Made by a program: the position numbers and the translations under genes. A stretch of 64,000 nucleotides of DNA from Parcubacteria group bacterium (lineage in GTDB: Bacteria > Patescibacteriota > Minisyncoccia > Moranbacterales > UBA2206), in NCBI GenBank assembly GCA_041661275.1, contig JBAZUU010000001.1, positions 165,057 to 229,056 of the forward strand, written 5' to 3'. Position 1 is the stretch's first letter, and each line of letters opens with the position of its first letter. This document shows, piece by piece, positions 46,360 through 54,701 of this stretch. The notes under the pieces are model-generated. The model was given only the letters and a program-made list of their open reading frames with translations. It searched no databases and was not told the DNA's origin.

Positions 46360-47511
46360 TTAAAAATTCCTTTGGGGTGGCGGGAAGCTGGAGCCGGAGC
46401 TGCGGGTGGTGGAGGTCGAGCCGGAATAGTCGGAAGAGCTAGTGCCGGAAGAACCGGAAGTTGACGAGCCGCCGACATATTTGTAATAGAGAGGATCTGA
46501 GCTTAGGCTGTCGACTGATGATGATGAGGACGAGCTGGAAAGCACGGAACTGGATGATGTGCTGGAGCTGTAATAGGAAGACGGACTTAGGCTTCCGGCC
46601 AGCCCGGTAAGCGTGCTGGAGGAAACGCCCAGTTTGCTCGCGGCCATACTGATGCCTTGCTTCAGAGCCTGTGTCATCAGCTTGGAAACCAGAGCGGTGA
46701 TCACTTCTTCCGGGTGGGTGGCGGCGGCGATAACTTTGTTGCCGGCATCCATCGTATTGGCCTTAGTTAAGGGAATCACAGAACCCGGAAGAGTTATTTT
46801 GCCCTTGCCGTTTGATCCTTCACCCACGCCGATGCCGCCAAGATAGGCTTTAGATTTAGTTTCAGCCAGTTTTCTTTCTTCCGCTTTCTTTTTTTGATAT
46901 TCACTTTGGGCATTCACATCAAATGACCAGGGGTTGTTGATGCCGGAAAGATAGCTGTTGAAATTTTTGAAATTTCCGCTGGAAAACATTGATGACGGAT
47001 TGCCCGAATAGGAAAAAGTCGGATCCTTTTTACTGATGGTGTTAGCCTTGGCCATCGCGACCAATTGGCTGGCATATCCTGAGCTGCCACTGCTGCTGAA
47101 ACCTTCGCTAAGGCTGGAATAGCTGCTGGTTCCTTTGCCGGACGTAATTTTGCTCAAATAATCGTTCATATAGAGTTTAGTGTTGTTGTCTGGAGTTTTA
47201 AAGAGGTAAGTTTCCCAATCAGTGATAAATTTGGCGCTGCCACTCTTCCCGCTGCCGGCGATTGCCGCATCCACTTGTTTGTTGAGGGTTGAAATGGCTT
47301 GCTGTTTCAACATTCCCAAGACTATTCCCTTGATCCGGTCGCGGATGTCTTCCAGCATTTGCTTGTAGGTGAATCCGGGAATGTCCGGCCAGAGGGCATG
47401 AGCTTTAGGGGTGGTTAGGGGAGAAGAAAAGATAAAAAGACAAACAAAAATAACAAGAATAAATCTTTTATAGTTTGGAAGCAAAATATTTTTTTTGTTT
47501 TTCTCTCCCAC
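46360..47511 (-). CDS. secreted Ser-rich hypothetical protein
   Basis: TM/signal N-terminus and long poly-Ser tracts at the C-terminus. Confidence 0.4.
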   Translation of the reverse strand: MGEKNKKNILLPNYKRFILVIFVCLFIFSSPLTTPKAHALWPDIPGFTYKQMLEDIRDRIKGIVLGMLKQQAISTLNKQVDAAIAGSGKSGSAKFITDWETYLFKTPDNNTKLYMNDYLSKITSGKGTSSYSSLSEGFSSSGSSGYASQLVAMAKANTISKKDPTFSYSGNPSSMFSSGNFKNFNSYLSGINNPWSFDVNAQSEYQKKKAEERKLAETKSKAYLGGIGVGEGSNGKGKITLPGSVIPLTKANTMDAGNKVIAAATHPEEVITALVSKLMTQALKQGISMAASKLGVSSSTLTGLAGSLSPSSYYSSSTSSSSVLSSSSSSSSVDSLSSDPLYYKYVGGSSTSGSSGTSSSDYSGSTSTTRSSGSSFPPPQRNF

Positions 47512-47521
47512 CCGTTTTATA

Positions 47522-48682
47522 TTAATTTGCGGTCGTACCTATGCCGACAGTCGTAGTTGAGGTTATTCCCACACCTACGCTCGTGTCCGTAGTTGTTGTA
47601 ACCGTGTCTATTATATTCGTGCCGTCAATTTTTATCCCGTCCAAGCCAAAGCTCTTCAACTTCGCCTGAAGATCTGCGTCGCTATAGGAGATGTTATATT
47701 CGGCAAATTTTGACTGGATATCGGTAGTGAAGCTCGTGATGCTTTCTACGAAAGTTTCCATTTTGGAAAAATTGGCGATGTCTCGCAAGGGATCATCAGC
47801 ATTAGGAGTGAGAGTTCCGCTTAGTTCTTTGGCGTACATGGTATAACGCATTGCTTTGATATGCGTATCCACCATCTCCTCCGGAACCTCTACGAGTTTT
47901 AGTTGCTCCAGAATTTTGTCAGAACTTTTTTCCAGATCGGTAAGATTGGAAGTGGAGCGCGCTTCCATCGCCTGAATGACAGTTTGATATATACTGGTGA
48001 CAACCTTGCTCATATCCTGGCTGGAAGTGATGGGAGTCGGAGAGTTGCTGGAAAAAATATAGGCGATAGCGACGGTATAGTTCAAAAAATCTTCCTTCTT
48101 TCTTTTTGTCTGTTCATCAGCGGAAAGCTTGGAATAATCCTGTTTCAAAATTTTTATATCTTCTTTTTTCACTTCTGGCAGATTATCGTCTGTTGTTCCG
48201 GATGTTCCCATGGACTGGTCGATTATTTCCTGGAGCTGGTCGAGTGTTACGGTCGCGTCATCCTGACTGACTGTTCCATCTTCATTGACTGTCGTACTCT
48301 GATTTTCCTGGGCGGTTTGCACCAGTTCTGTTATCTTTTGTGATACTTGGTTAGTAAGATTAGTATCACTTGTTCCCAGAACCGCACCGGAATTGGATGT
48401 GTTGGCCACAGCCAACTTGTCTCCCGGAGCCGGTTTTGTCGGGTCATAACCGCTTTTTACTTCCGTTCCGTCAGAATATCCGTCGCCATCCGTGTCGGCA
48501 TTTTTAGGATCAGTTCCGTAGAGCGCTTCCTCCTGATCGGTGAGGCCGTCCTGATCGGAGTCGAGAAAAATATTTCCGGAAGAATTAGTGTTTTGCTGGG
48601 CGCTGACGTAATACGAAAAACTCAAAACCACCAGCAACAACAGCACTGCCAAAGAAAGTTGGATGTTTTTTATTTTCATCAA
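47522..48682 (-). CDS. secreted protein with N-terminal thrombospondin-type-3-like Ca-binding repeats
   Basis: Signal peptide and DSDQDGLTDQEE...DTDGDGYSDGTEV motifs. Confidence 0.45.
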   Translation of the reverse strand: MMKIKNIQLSLAVLLLLVVLSFSYYVSAQQNTNSSGNIFLDSDQDGLTDQEEALYGTDPKNADTDGDGYSDGTEVKSGYDPTKPAPGDKLAVANTSNSGAVLGTSDTNLTNQVSQKITELVQTAQENQSTTVNEDGTVSQDDATVTLDQLQEIIDQSMGTSGTTDDNLPEVKKEDIKILKQDYSKLSADEQTKRKKEDFLNYTVAIAYIFSSNSPTPITSSQDMSKVVTSIYQTVIQAMEARSTSNLTDLEKSSDKILEQLKLVEVPEEMVDTHIKAMRYTMYAKELSGTLTPNADDPLRDIANFSKMETFVESITSFTTDIQSKFAEYNISYSDADLQAKLKSFGLDGIKIDGTNIIDTVTTTTDTSVGVGITSTTTVGIGTTAN

Positions 48683-48801
48683 ATATGGAAATTAAATTCA
48701 CTTAAATTATATCATATTTTTTTTAAGCAAGCCACATATTTTTGTCAACACCGGGTTATTTTTTATTTGATAATTTTTCCAACGACTGGTAGAGTTGATT
48801 T

Positions 48802-50451
48802 ATGGAAAAGATAAAAAGAATCATTGAGGATTTAGAAAAAAAAGAGATAACCGCAGTTATGTTTTTGGTTGTTTTTTTAGCGGTCATCACGGTACGTCTT
48901 TTTGTCGAACAATTCATCGCTCGAGCCGTTCCCTTGAACTTTTCGGAGGTTATCATGGAATATGTCCATAATGTCTATTTCTTTTCCATCCTCATTCTTT
49001 CTCTCTGGGTATGGTTGAGTCTAATACTTAGGATGAAACCGCAAAAGCTAGCCGGAATCTTTGTTTGGGCCTCACTTCTAGTCATTTTGCCGCCAATTTT
49101 AGATATAATTAAGACAAAAGGCGAAGTTTATTGGAGCTTCTATCTTTTGAGCAGCGTATCTGACCTCAAAATCCAATTTATGACCATTTTTGGTCATTTG
49201 CCAAGCGGGATTATGTATTTTGGAACCAGGATTACCTTTATTTTAGCCATAATCCTGTTATCAACGTTGGTATACGTCAAAACCAAAGACTGGCTGAAAA
49301 CTGTCTTTTCTGCAGTTGGAACCTATATAATTCTCTTTGCCTTGGGCGCTTTTCCATCGCTTTTTGCCTATTTTTACTATGGCATATTCGAAAAAAAGGC
49401 CATTTCCAGTATATATTCATTCCAAATCGCCCAGCTTTTTGGCTCACCAAAACCTATTTGGGGGCTAAATTCGGTCGATTTGACCCATTCTTTTGCCTAT
49501 AAGCTGGAAATAGTCTTTTTCCCCGTCCTTTTGGGAATCCTGGCGATACTGTTTTTTCTCATAAGCCGGGAAAAATTTTGGGCGGTAATCAAAAATTTCC
49601 GTTATCCCCAGCTTATCTACCACTCCGGATTGTTCTTCGTCGGAATGGCCTTGGGATATTTAAGCTATCCTCAAAGTTTTAATCTTAATATTTTCTCGTT
49701 TTTGACGGTTTTTGTGCTGATTTTGAGTATTTTTCTGGCCTGGAAGGCATCTGTGGTGATAAATGATATTGAGGACGTGGAAATTGACAAAATTACCAAC
49801 TTTTCCCGTCCTTTACCACAAAATATCTTCAGTGAAAAAGAATATTTCCATTTCGGCCTAATTTGCCTCTTTTTGTCGCTTTTAGGAGGATTGACCATCA
49901 GTCCGGTTTTCTTTGTTTTACTCCTAATCTATCAGATTCTAGCTTTTTTCTATTCGGCCAAACCTTATCGTTTGAAAAAATTTCCGCTAATTGCTACCGC
50001 GACCAGCTCTTTTGCTTCTATTTTTATTCTTTTTATGGGATTTGCCCTAATGTCATCGGGACAGACTTTCCAAAATATGCCCTGGCGGATAACGCTCCTT
50101 CTTTTTATAACTTACACGCTCTCCTTGCCTATTAAAGATTTCAAGGACATTGAGGGAGATAAAAAAGAAAAGATCTGGACTGTTCCGGTGATTTTTGGCG
50201 AAAAAAAAGGACGACTGATTGTCGCCTCTGGCGTTTTCGTTTCTTTTATGCTTTCCGTTTTTTTCCTGGCCGAACTGAAATTATTTTTTTGGGCGCTGGC
50301 TTTTGGAGTAATTTCTTTTTTTATAATAAATTCTGGAAATATTAATCCCAAGCGCTTGCCGTGGTGGATGCTTTTCCCGGTAATTTTTTATCTTTTAGTA
50401 CTGGTCAAGATTGTTTTTGTGGATAATTTAGATAAATTTTTGTTGAGATGA
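48802..50451 (+). CDS. UbiA-family prenyltransferase with an extra N-terminal membrane domain
   Basis: NDIEDVEIDK (NDxxDxxxD) and DFKDIEGDKK (second Asp-rich motif) in the C-terminal half. 549 aa polytopic. Confidence 0.6.
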   Translation: MEKIKRIIEDLEKKEITAVMFLVVFLAVITVRLFVEQFIARAVPLNFSEVIMEYVHNVYFFSILILSLWVWLSLILRMKPQKLAGIFVWASLLVILPPILDIIKTKGEVYWSFYLLSSVSDLKIQFMTIFGHLPSGIMYFGTRITFILAIILLSTLVYVKTKDWLKTVFSAVGTYIILFALGAFPSLFAYFYYGIFEKKAISSIYSFQIAQLFGSPKPIWGLNSVDLTHSFAYKLEIVFFPVLLGILAILFFLISREKFWAVIKNFRYPQLIYHSGLFFVGMALGYLSYPQSFNLNIFSFLTVFVLILSIFLAWKASVVINDIEDVEIDKITNFSRPLPQNIFSEKEYFHFGLICLFLSLLGGLTISPVFFVLLLIYQILAFFYSAKPYRLKKFPLIATATSSFASIFILFMGFALMSSGQTFQNMPWRITLLLFITYTLSLPIKDFKDIEGDKKEKIWTVPVIFGEKKGRLIVASGVFVSFMLSVFFLAELKLFFWALAFGVISFFIINSGNINPKRLPWWMLFPVIFYLLVLVKIVFVDNLDKFLLR

Positions 50452-50813
50452 ATAAAGATTTGAAGCTCATAATTATAACCGGCATATATTATCCCGCTGC
50501 CGTTTTGTCTCTTTGGATATTCTGGAAAGAATCTATGATGTTGACATTGATTTTGTTTATCCTAGCTATTATCGAGCTTATCGCCGCCAAGAGTCGCAAG
50601 CTCATGATTCTTTTTCTCCTCGGTTGCGTGGTCGGACCCGTAGTCGAGTCCGTAGCGATATGGCGGGGAAGTTGGAGCTATAGTTTGCCGGAGATATATA
50701 ACATTCCGTTGTGGCTGATTCCGGCTTGGGGGAATGTCACTATTTTTGTTGTTACATTCTACAAATTTCTTGGTCGTTTTAGTTGGTTAGAAAAGAAAGC
50801 CGATTCAGAATAA
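50448..50813 (+). CDS. small membrane protein, translationally coupled to the UbiA-like gene
   Basis: 4-bp overlap. 3-4 TM helices. Confidence 0.4.
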   Translation: MNKDLKLIIITGIYYPAAVLSLWIFWKESMMLTLILFILAIIELIAAKSRKLMILFLLGCVVGPVVESVAIWRGSWSYSLPEIYNIPLWLIPAWGNVTIFVVTFYKFLGRFSWLEKKADSE

Positions 50814-51713
50814 TGAGCTCAATTTTTTCCAATTTTCTATTGTCAACTCTTGCGCGCGGCAAGTCGGATTGATTCCGGCTTTTTTAATTTTTTCTTCAGT
50901 TTCACTTTTCCCTAGATGAAAACTAGAGGATAAATTATTAAGCAAAGTTTTTCTCTTTGAAGAAAAACCGGCCTTAACTATCCGAAAAAACTTTTTATTT
51001 TCCTCCTGACTTACTTCTTTCTTCTTACTTCTTACTTCTATTCTTATGACCGCGCTATCCACTTCCGGCACCGGCCAGAAGGCCTTTTTATCCACATAAA
51101 ACAGTAGTTTCACATCGGCATAATATTGCACGCTAACCGCCAAAATACTCATCTGTCCGGGACTGGCTACGATACGTTCGGCCACTTCTTTTTGCACCAT
51201 CAAGATCATTTCGGTTGGTGGATATTTAGTTTCCAAAAAAAGTTGAATGATGGGTGAGGTAATATAATATGGAATATTAGCAATGACCTTGTAATCATAG
51301 TCCGTCATCCCGAGCGAAGTGAGGATTTTATCCGAACGCAGTCGAGGGATCTGCCCTTGATTATTGCTGGTAGTATTATTTAGTAGATTCTTCGACTCCA
51401 TTCCGCCTACGGCGTCATTCCGCTCAGAATGACGGAGCATTTCCGGCAAATTTACTTTCAAAATATCATCATTAATAATCTTCACTTTGTCATTCCCGCG
51501 GAAGCGGGAATCCAGTTTCGTAGCTAAATTTTTATCAATCTCAATGGCCAATACTTTTCCGGCGTGCTTAACTAGTTCTTCTGTTAGCACTCCTTCTCCT
51601 GACCCGATTTCCACCACAAAATCATCCGTGCTCAAATTAGCAGACTCAATAATTCTTTCCAGCACGGCTTTATCCTTCAGAAAGTTTTGTCCGAGTGATT
51701 TTTTTGGTTTCAT
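50805..51713 (-). CDS. rsmA: 16S rRNA (adenine1518/1519-N6)-dimethyltransferase KsgA/RsmA carrying an in-frame MITE insertion
   Basis: KKSLGQNFL, EIGSGEG and NIPYYITSP are KsgA motifs. About 45 extra codons, RHSERNDAVGGMESKNLLNNTTSNNQGQIPRLRSDKILTSLGMT, sit just before the NIPY motif and are encoded by repeat D. Confidence 0.8.
   Translation of the reverse strand: MKPKKSLGQNFLKDKAVLERIIESANLSTDDFVVEIGSGEGVLTEELVKHAGKVLAIEIDKNLATKLDSRFRGNDKVKIINDDILKVNLPEMLRHSERNDAVGGMESKNLLNNTTSNNQGQIPRLRSDKILTSLGMTDYDYKVIANIPYYITSPIIQLFLETKYPPTEMILMVQKEVAERIVASPGQMSILAVSVQYYADVKLLFYVDKKAFWPVPEVDSAVIRIEVRSKKKEVSQEENKKFFRIVKAGFSSKRKTLLNNLSSSFHLGKSETEEKIKKAGINPTCRAQELTIENWKKLSSLF
51302..51435. repeat. MITE-like palindromic element, family 1 copy D, inside the ksgA coding sequence
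   Basis: ccgtcatcccgagcg ... cgctcagaatgacgg. Inner gcagtcgagggatct ... agattcttcgact. Read in-frame on the minus strand with no stop codon. Confidence 0.8.
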
Positions 51714-51780
51714 AAATTTATTGTCTAATAAAAAAGCGGAGGGAAACCCAGCGCCGCCTTTTTTAAATTCTAAAACAAAT

Positions 51781-52392
51781 TTAAGTCGTGCTGTATTTAG
51801 CCAATTCTTTTTTGATGGTCTTTTCATCCACTTCAAAGCCGGGCAAAAATTCAACTTTTTCCAAGTAGCTTACATCTTTAAAGTAGGATAATTGTGTCCG
51901 GAATATTTTTTCGTTGAAATGTGATCCAAAAAGCGCTCTTGCTTTTTTTATGATGCCATCTATTCCATGATATTTTTCCATAATAAAATACAGATCGACA
52001 TAATCCTTCCATTTAGCTCGCTGACCAAGAGCAAAGGCTTTCATAGCGGCCAAAGTCAGAAGATCAACAGTGCGGATCAAATCCTTAAATTTTTTATCAA
52101 ATTCCAGTTTATATGGAAATTGATAGAAAGTAACCTTCACATTATTTATCAAGAAAGTAAATTCTCCCTCTTTATTCACAATAATTTCCTGAATAGGTTT
52201 ATATTTGGAAATTTTTCTGATCAGATTTGTGTTATTAAATTTTTTGTGAGTAAATAAATCAAAATCAATCGATCTTCTATGACCAATATGAAGAGCTATA
52301 GCTGTTCCTCCCACTAACCCGAAGCTTCGGGAAAAACTTCTAATAAGCGGAGCCAATTCTAGCTGTTCTTTTGTTAAAATTTCATTGTGCAT
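51781..52392 (-). CDS. AbiEii-like (DUF1814) nucleotidyltransferase
   Basis: The GGTAIALHIGHRRSIDFDLF motif. Confidence 0.6.
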   Translation of the reverse strand: MHNEILTKEQLELAPLIRSFSRSFGLVGGTAIALHIGHRRSIDFDLFTHKKFNNTNLIRKISKYKPIQEIIVNKEGEFTFLINNVKVTFYQFPYKLEFDKKFKDLIRTVDLLTLAAMKAFALGQRAKWKDYVDLYFIMEKYHGIDGIIKKARALFGSHFNEKIFRTQLSYFKDVSYLEKVEFLPGFEVDEKTIKKELAKYSTT

Positions 52393-52645
52393 GTCGTTTG
52401 AAATAAAGGGAGAAAAAGTTTTTTACTTCCGGTCGATAATTGATTCTCATCCGTTTAGGGCTGGTTTCTTTTTTAAAAACTTTCGCTACTTTTTTTATTC
52501 CGAGTAGCTTAAAAAGTTTTTGTACATCATCCCAGTTGCCCAAGTTTAAAACCGCTTCTACCAAGGCTTCATCGTTAACTTTTTCCGGATGCTTCACATA
52601 CCAGAATAAATACTTTCTTTTTTTGATAAATTGTTCTCGTGTCAT
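52382..52645 (-). CDS. small partner protein (putative antitoxin) of the NTase
   Basis: 87 aa, overlaps the NTase by 11 bp. Paralogous to 53244..53528 (LFW.V...LNLGNWDD/LNFGDEED). Confidence 0.4.
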   Translation of the reverse strand: MTREQFIKKRKYLFWYVKHPEKVNDEALVEAVLNLGNWDDVQKLFKLLGIKKVAKVFKKETSPKRMRINYRPEVKNFFSLYFKRHAQ

Positions 52646-52671
52646 ATTTTGAAATTATTTGGCAGTAAATT

Positions 52672-53295
52672 TTATAAACTATCGAGATATTTAGCCGTTT
52701 CCCTGACAATTTTTTCTTTTACTTTTTTCCAGTCGTTTTCTTTTAGCATGATGGGCATGGGGTCGTTTTCGGCATCTTCAAAATAAGCAAGACTTTTCAA
52801 GATATGGAGCTTGTTGTAGCTGATTTTTTTGAACTTTTTCTTAAAAAACCCAATCAGATCAGCAAGCAGATATTTCTCCAGGAGAAAATATATATCAATG
52901 AAATCTTTCTTGCTTCCGCGAGTTGACATAGCATCGATTTTCATGGCGGAAATATCCCGCTCGTCCGATAAGTTGGCGTGATTAAAGACAACAAAGGGAA
53001 ATAGCTGGTCATATCTATACCGAAGAAAGGTAATATTGATCCCGTCCAATTGTCCATGGATTGTGCCTTCATCTTCACTTCGAATATCAAGATGCCCGAT
53101 ACTTGCCAGTTGATTTTTTATTTCAGCATTGGAAAAATCATTCTGGCAAAACCAGTCGAGATCTATGGATTTGCGATGGCCTAGTTGAAGCGCCAGCGCT
53201 GTTCCGCCAGCCAGGTAAAAATTTTTGGCAATTGGGGTTTGGGCTATCTTTTCAAAAACGCGCTTTGTTTTTTTGTCGATTGCTTGATCGAACAT
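52672..53295 (-). CDS. AbiEii-like (DUF1814) nucleotidyltransferase, tandem paralog
   Basis: The GGTALALQLGHRKSIDLDWF motif. Confidence 0.6.
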   Translation of the reverse strand: MFDQAIDKKTKRVFEKIAQTPIAKNFYLAGGTALALQLGHRKSIDLDWFCQNDFSNAEIKNQLASIGHLDIRSEDEGTIHGQLDGINITFLRYRYDQLFPFVVFNHANLSDERDISAMKIDAMSTRGSKKDFIDIYFLLEKYLLADLIGFFKKKFKKISYNKLHILKSLAYFEDAENDPMPIMLKENDWKKVKEKIVRETAKYLDSL

Positions 53296-53528
53296 TTTTT
53301 CTCGTTAATATTGAAATATTTACACCAAAAAAGCAATGATTTTTTGGTCAGAGATTTTATGTCTAACAAGTTCTTGATAATTTTTCCTCGGGAATAATAT
53401 TTGATCGCCCATTTAAAATCTTCTTCATCGCCGAAATTGAGAACTCTTTCAATGACAAAACGTTCATTTCTCTCCGGGTCTATTTCTTCGACATCCCAGA
53501 AAAGGGACTTTTTTTGAAGTGTTTCCAT
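53244..53528 (-). CDS. small partner protein (putative antitoxin), tandem paralog
   Basis: 94 aa, overlaps the NTase by about 50 bp. Confidence 0.4.
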   Translation of the reverse strand: METLQKKSLFWDVEEIDPERNERFVIERVLNFGDEEDFKWAIKYYSRGKIIKNLLDIKSLTKKSLLFWCKYFNINEKKCSIKQSTKKQSAFLKR

Positions 53529-53568
53529 AACTGAATTATAGCATAAATAGGCCGGAAATACAAGTGAT

Positions 53569-54522
53569 TTAGTTCAAAACTTCCTCCACCTTCACTCCAA
53601 TCACTCCCGCGCCCAGTGATGCGATTTTTTCAAAAGCGGGTTTGTCGAGGTCTATGATGCGACCCTTGCCATAAGGTCCGGCATCATTTATTTGGACGAT
53701 GACCGATTTGCCATTAGCTGTGTTGGTAACTTTTGCATATCCGCCTCTGGCTATACTCAAGCTGGCAGCGTACATCCCTCCTTGATAGGAATACCACGTC
53801 CCTTGTCCCTTGGCGGCTTTTCCGGTTTTAACATATGTCCCTTGTGTTTCCACTTGTGTCACTGGTTCTTTTACCACACTTTTCGAAAGTACGACGCGTG
53901 AAATTTCCTTGCCGTCTTTATATGTTATTTTATAATTCACTTCTCGTATCCCTTTTTCTCCCGGTGTGGTAACACTTTTTTCTCGCCAACCCATCTTGGA
54001 GTCGAGTTTCTGCGTTGTCTTGAAGTCAATATCTTCCTGTTTTGTCACTTCTTCCACATTGATGCGCGTGACGGCGATGATCATTCCATTTTGTACCGGA
54101 AAATTTTTGTCAGGATCAGTTTTATCCAGTCGCCCAAGTGTTACATTACTATCTCTTAATGCGTTTTCTACTGTGTTTTCCAGGGTATAATTTTCTTGCG
54201 TCTTTCCATCAACTTTGATTTTTATTTTCGAAGCGCGCCTGATGGCAATGTTCGTTCCGGGAAAAAGCTTTTCATTTTTTTCAGGAATTATCTGATCACG
54301 GTCATTAAGTGAAACATTTTTTTCTTTTAAAAAATCATCGACGGAATTAGTATTAGTGGATAGTTGATAATTCAGGCCGTTATCGTTGAGTTTGATAATT
54401 TTGGAAGTATCGTCAAAACCAATCCGCCTGTTATTAAAAAAGGCAATAGATTTGATGCCGAAAATTATGGCGAACACTACAACAGCTATCCAAAATAGTT
54501 TTTTATAATGAGATTTTGACAT
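53569..54522 (-). CDS. cell-wall-associated protein with G5-like and C-terminal 3D/RlpA-like (DPBB) domains
   Basis: N-terminal TM segment. C-terminal GTWYSYQGG...VTNTANGKSVIVQINDAGPYGKGRIIDL matches the 3D/DPBB fold family. Confidence 0.55.
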   Translation of the reverse strand: MSKSHYKKLFWIAVVVFAIIFGIKSIAFFNNRRIGFDDTSKIIKLNDNGLNYQLSTNTNSVDDFLKEKNVSLNDRDQIIPEKNEKLFPGTNIAIRRASKIKIKVDGKTQENYTLENTVENALRDSNVTLGRLDKTDPDKNFPVQNGMIIAVTRINVEEVTKQEDIDFKTTQKLDSKMGWREKSVTTPGEKGIREVNYKITYKDGKEISRVVLSKSVVKEPVTQVETQGTYVKTGKAAKGQGTWYSYQGGMYAASLSIARGGYAKVTNTANGKSVIVQINDAGPYGKGRIIDLDKPAFEKIASLGAGVIGVKVEEVLN

Positions 54523-54534
54523 TCAAAAATAAAT

Positions 54535-54694
54535 CCGTCATCCTGAGCTCGACCCTGAGTGAGCGTAGCGAGTCGAAGGGGAAGAGCGAAGGATCTATAA
54601 ACGATTACCAGAAGTTATATTTATATGGCAAAACTTGTGGTTATAATTAGCAGATCCTTCGCGTCGGTTTTACGACCGACGCTCAGGATGACGG
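54535..54694. repeat. MITE-like palindromic element, family 1 copy E
   Basis: ccgtcatcctgagc ... gctcaggatgacgg. Inner cgagtcgaagg...gaaggatct ... agatccttcgcg. Lies between the comM stop and the next gene's start. Confidence 0.75.
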
Positions 54695-54701
54695 CTTTTT
54701 T

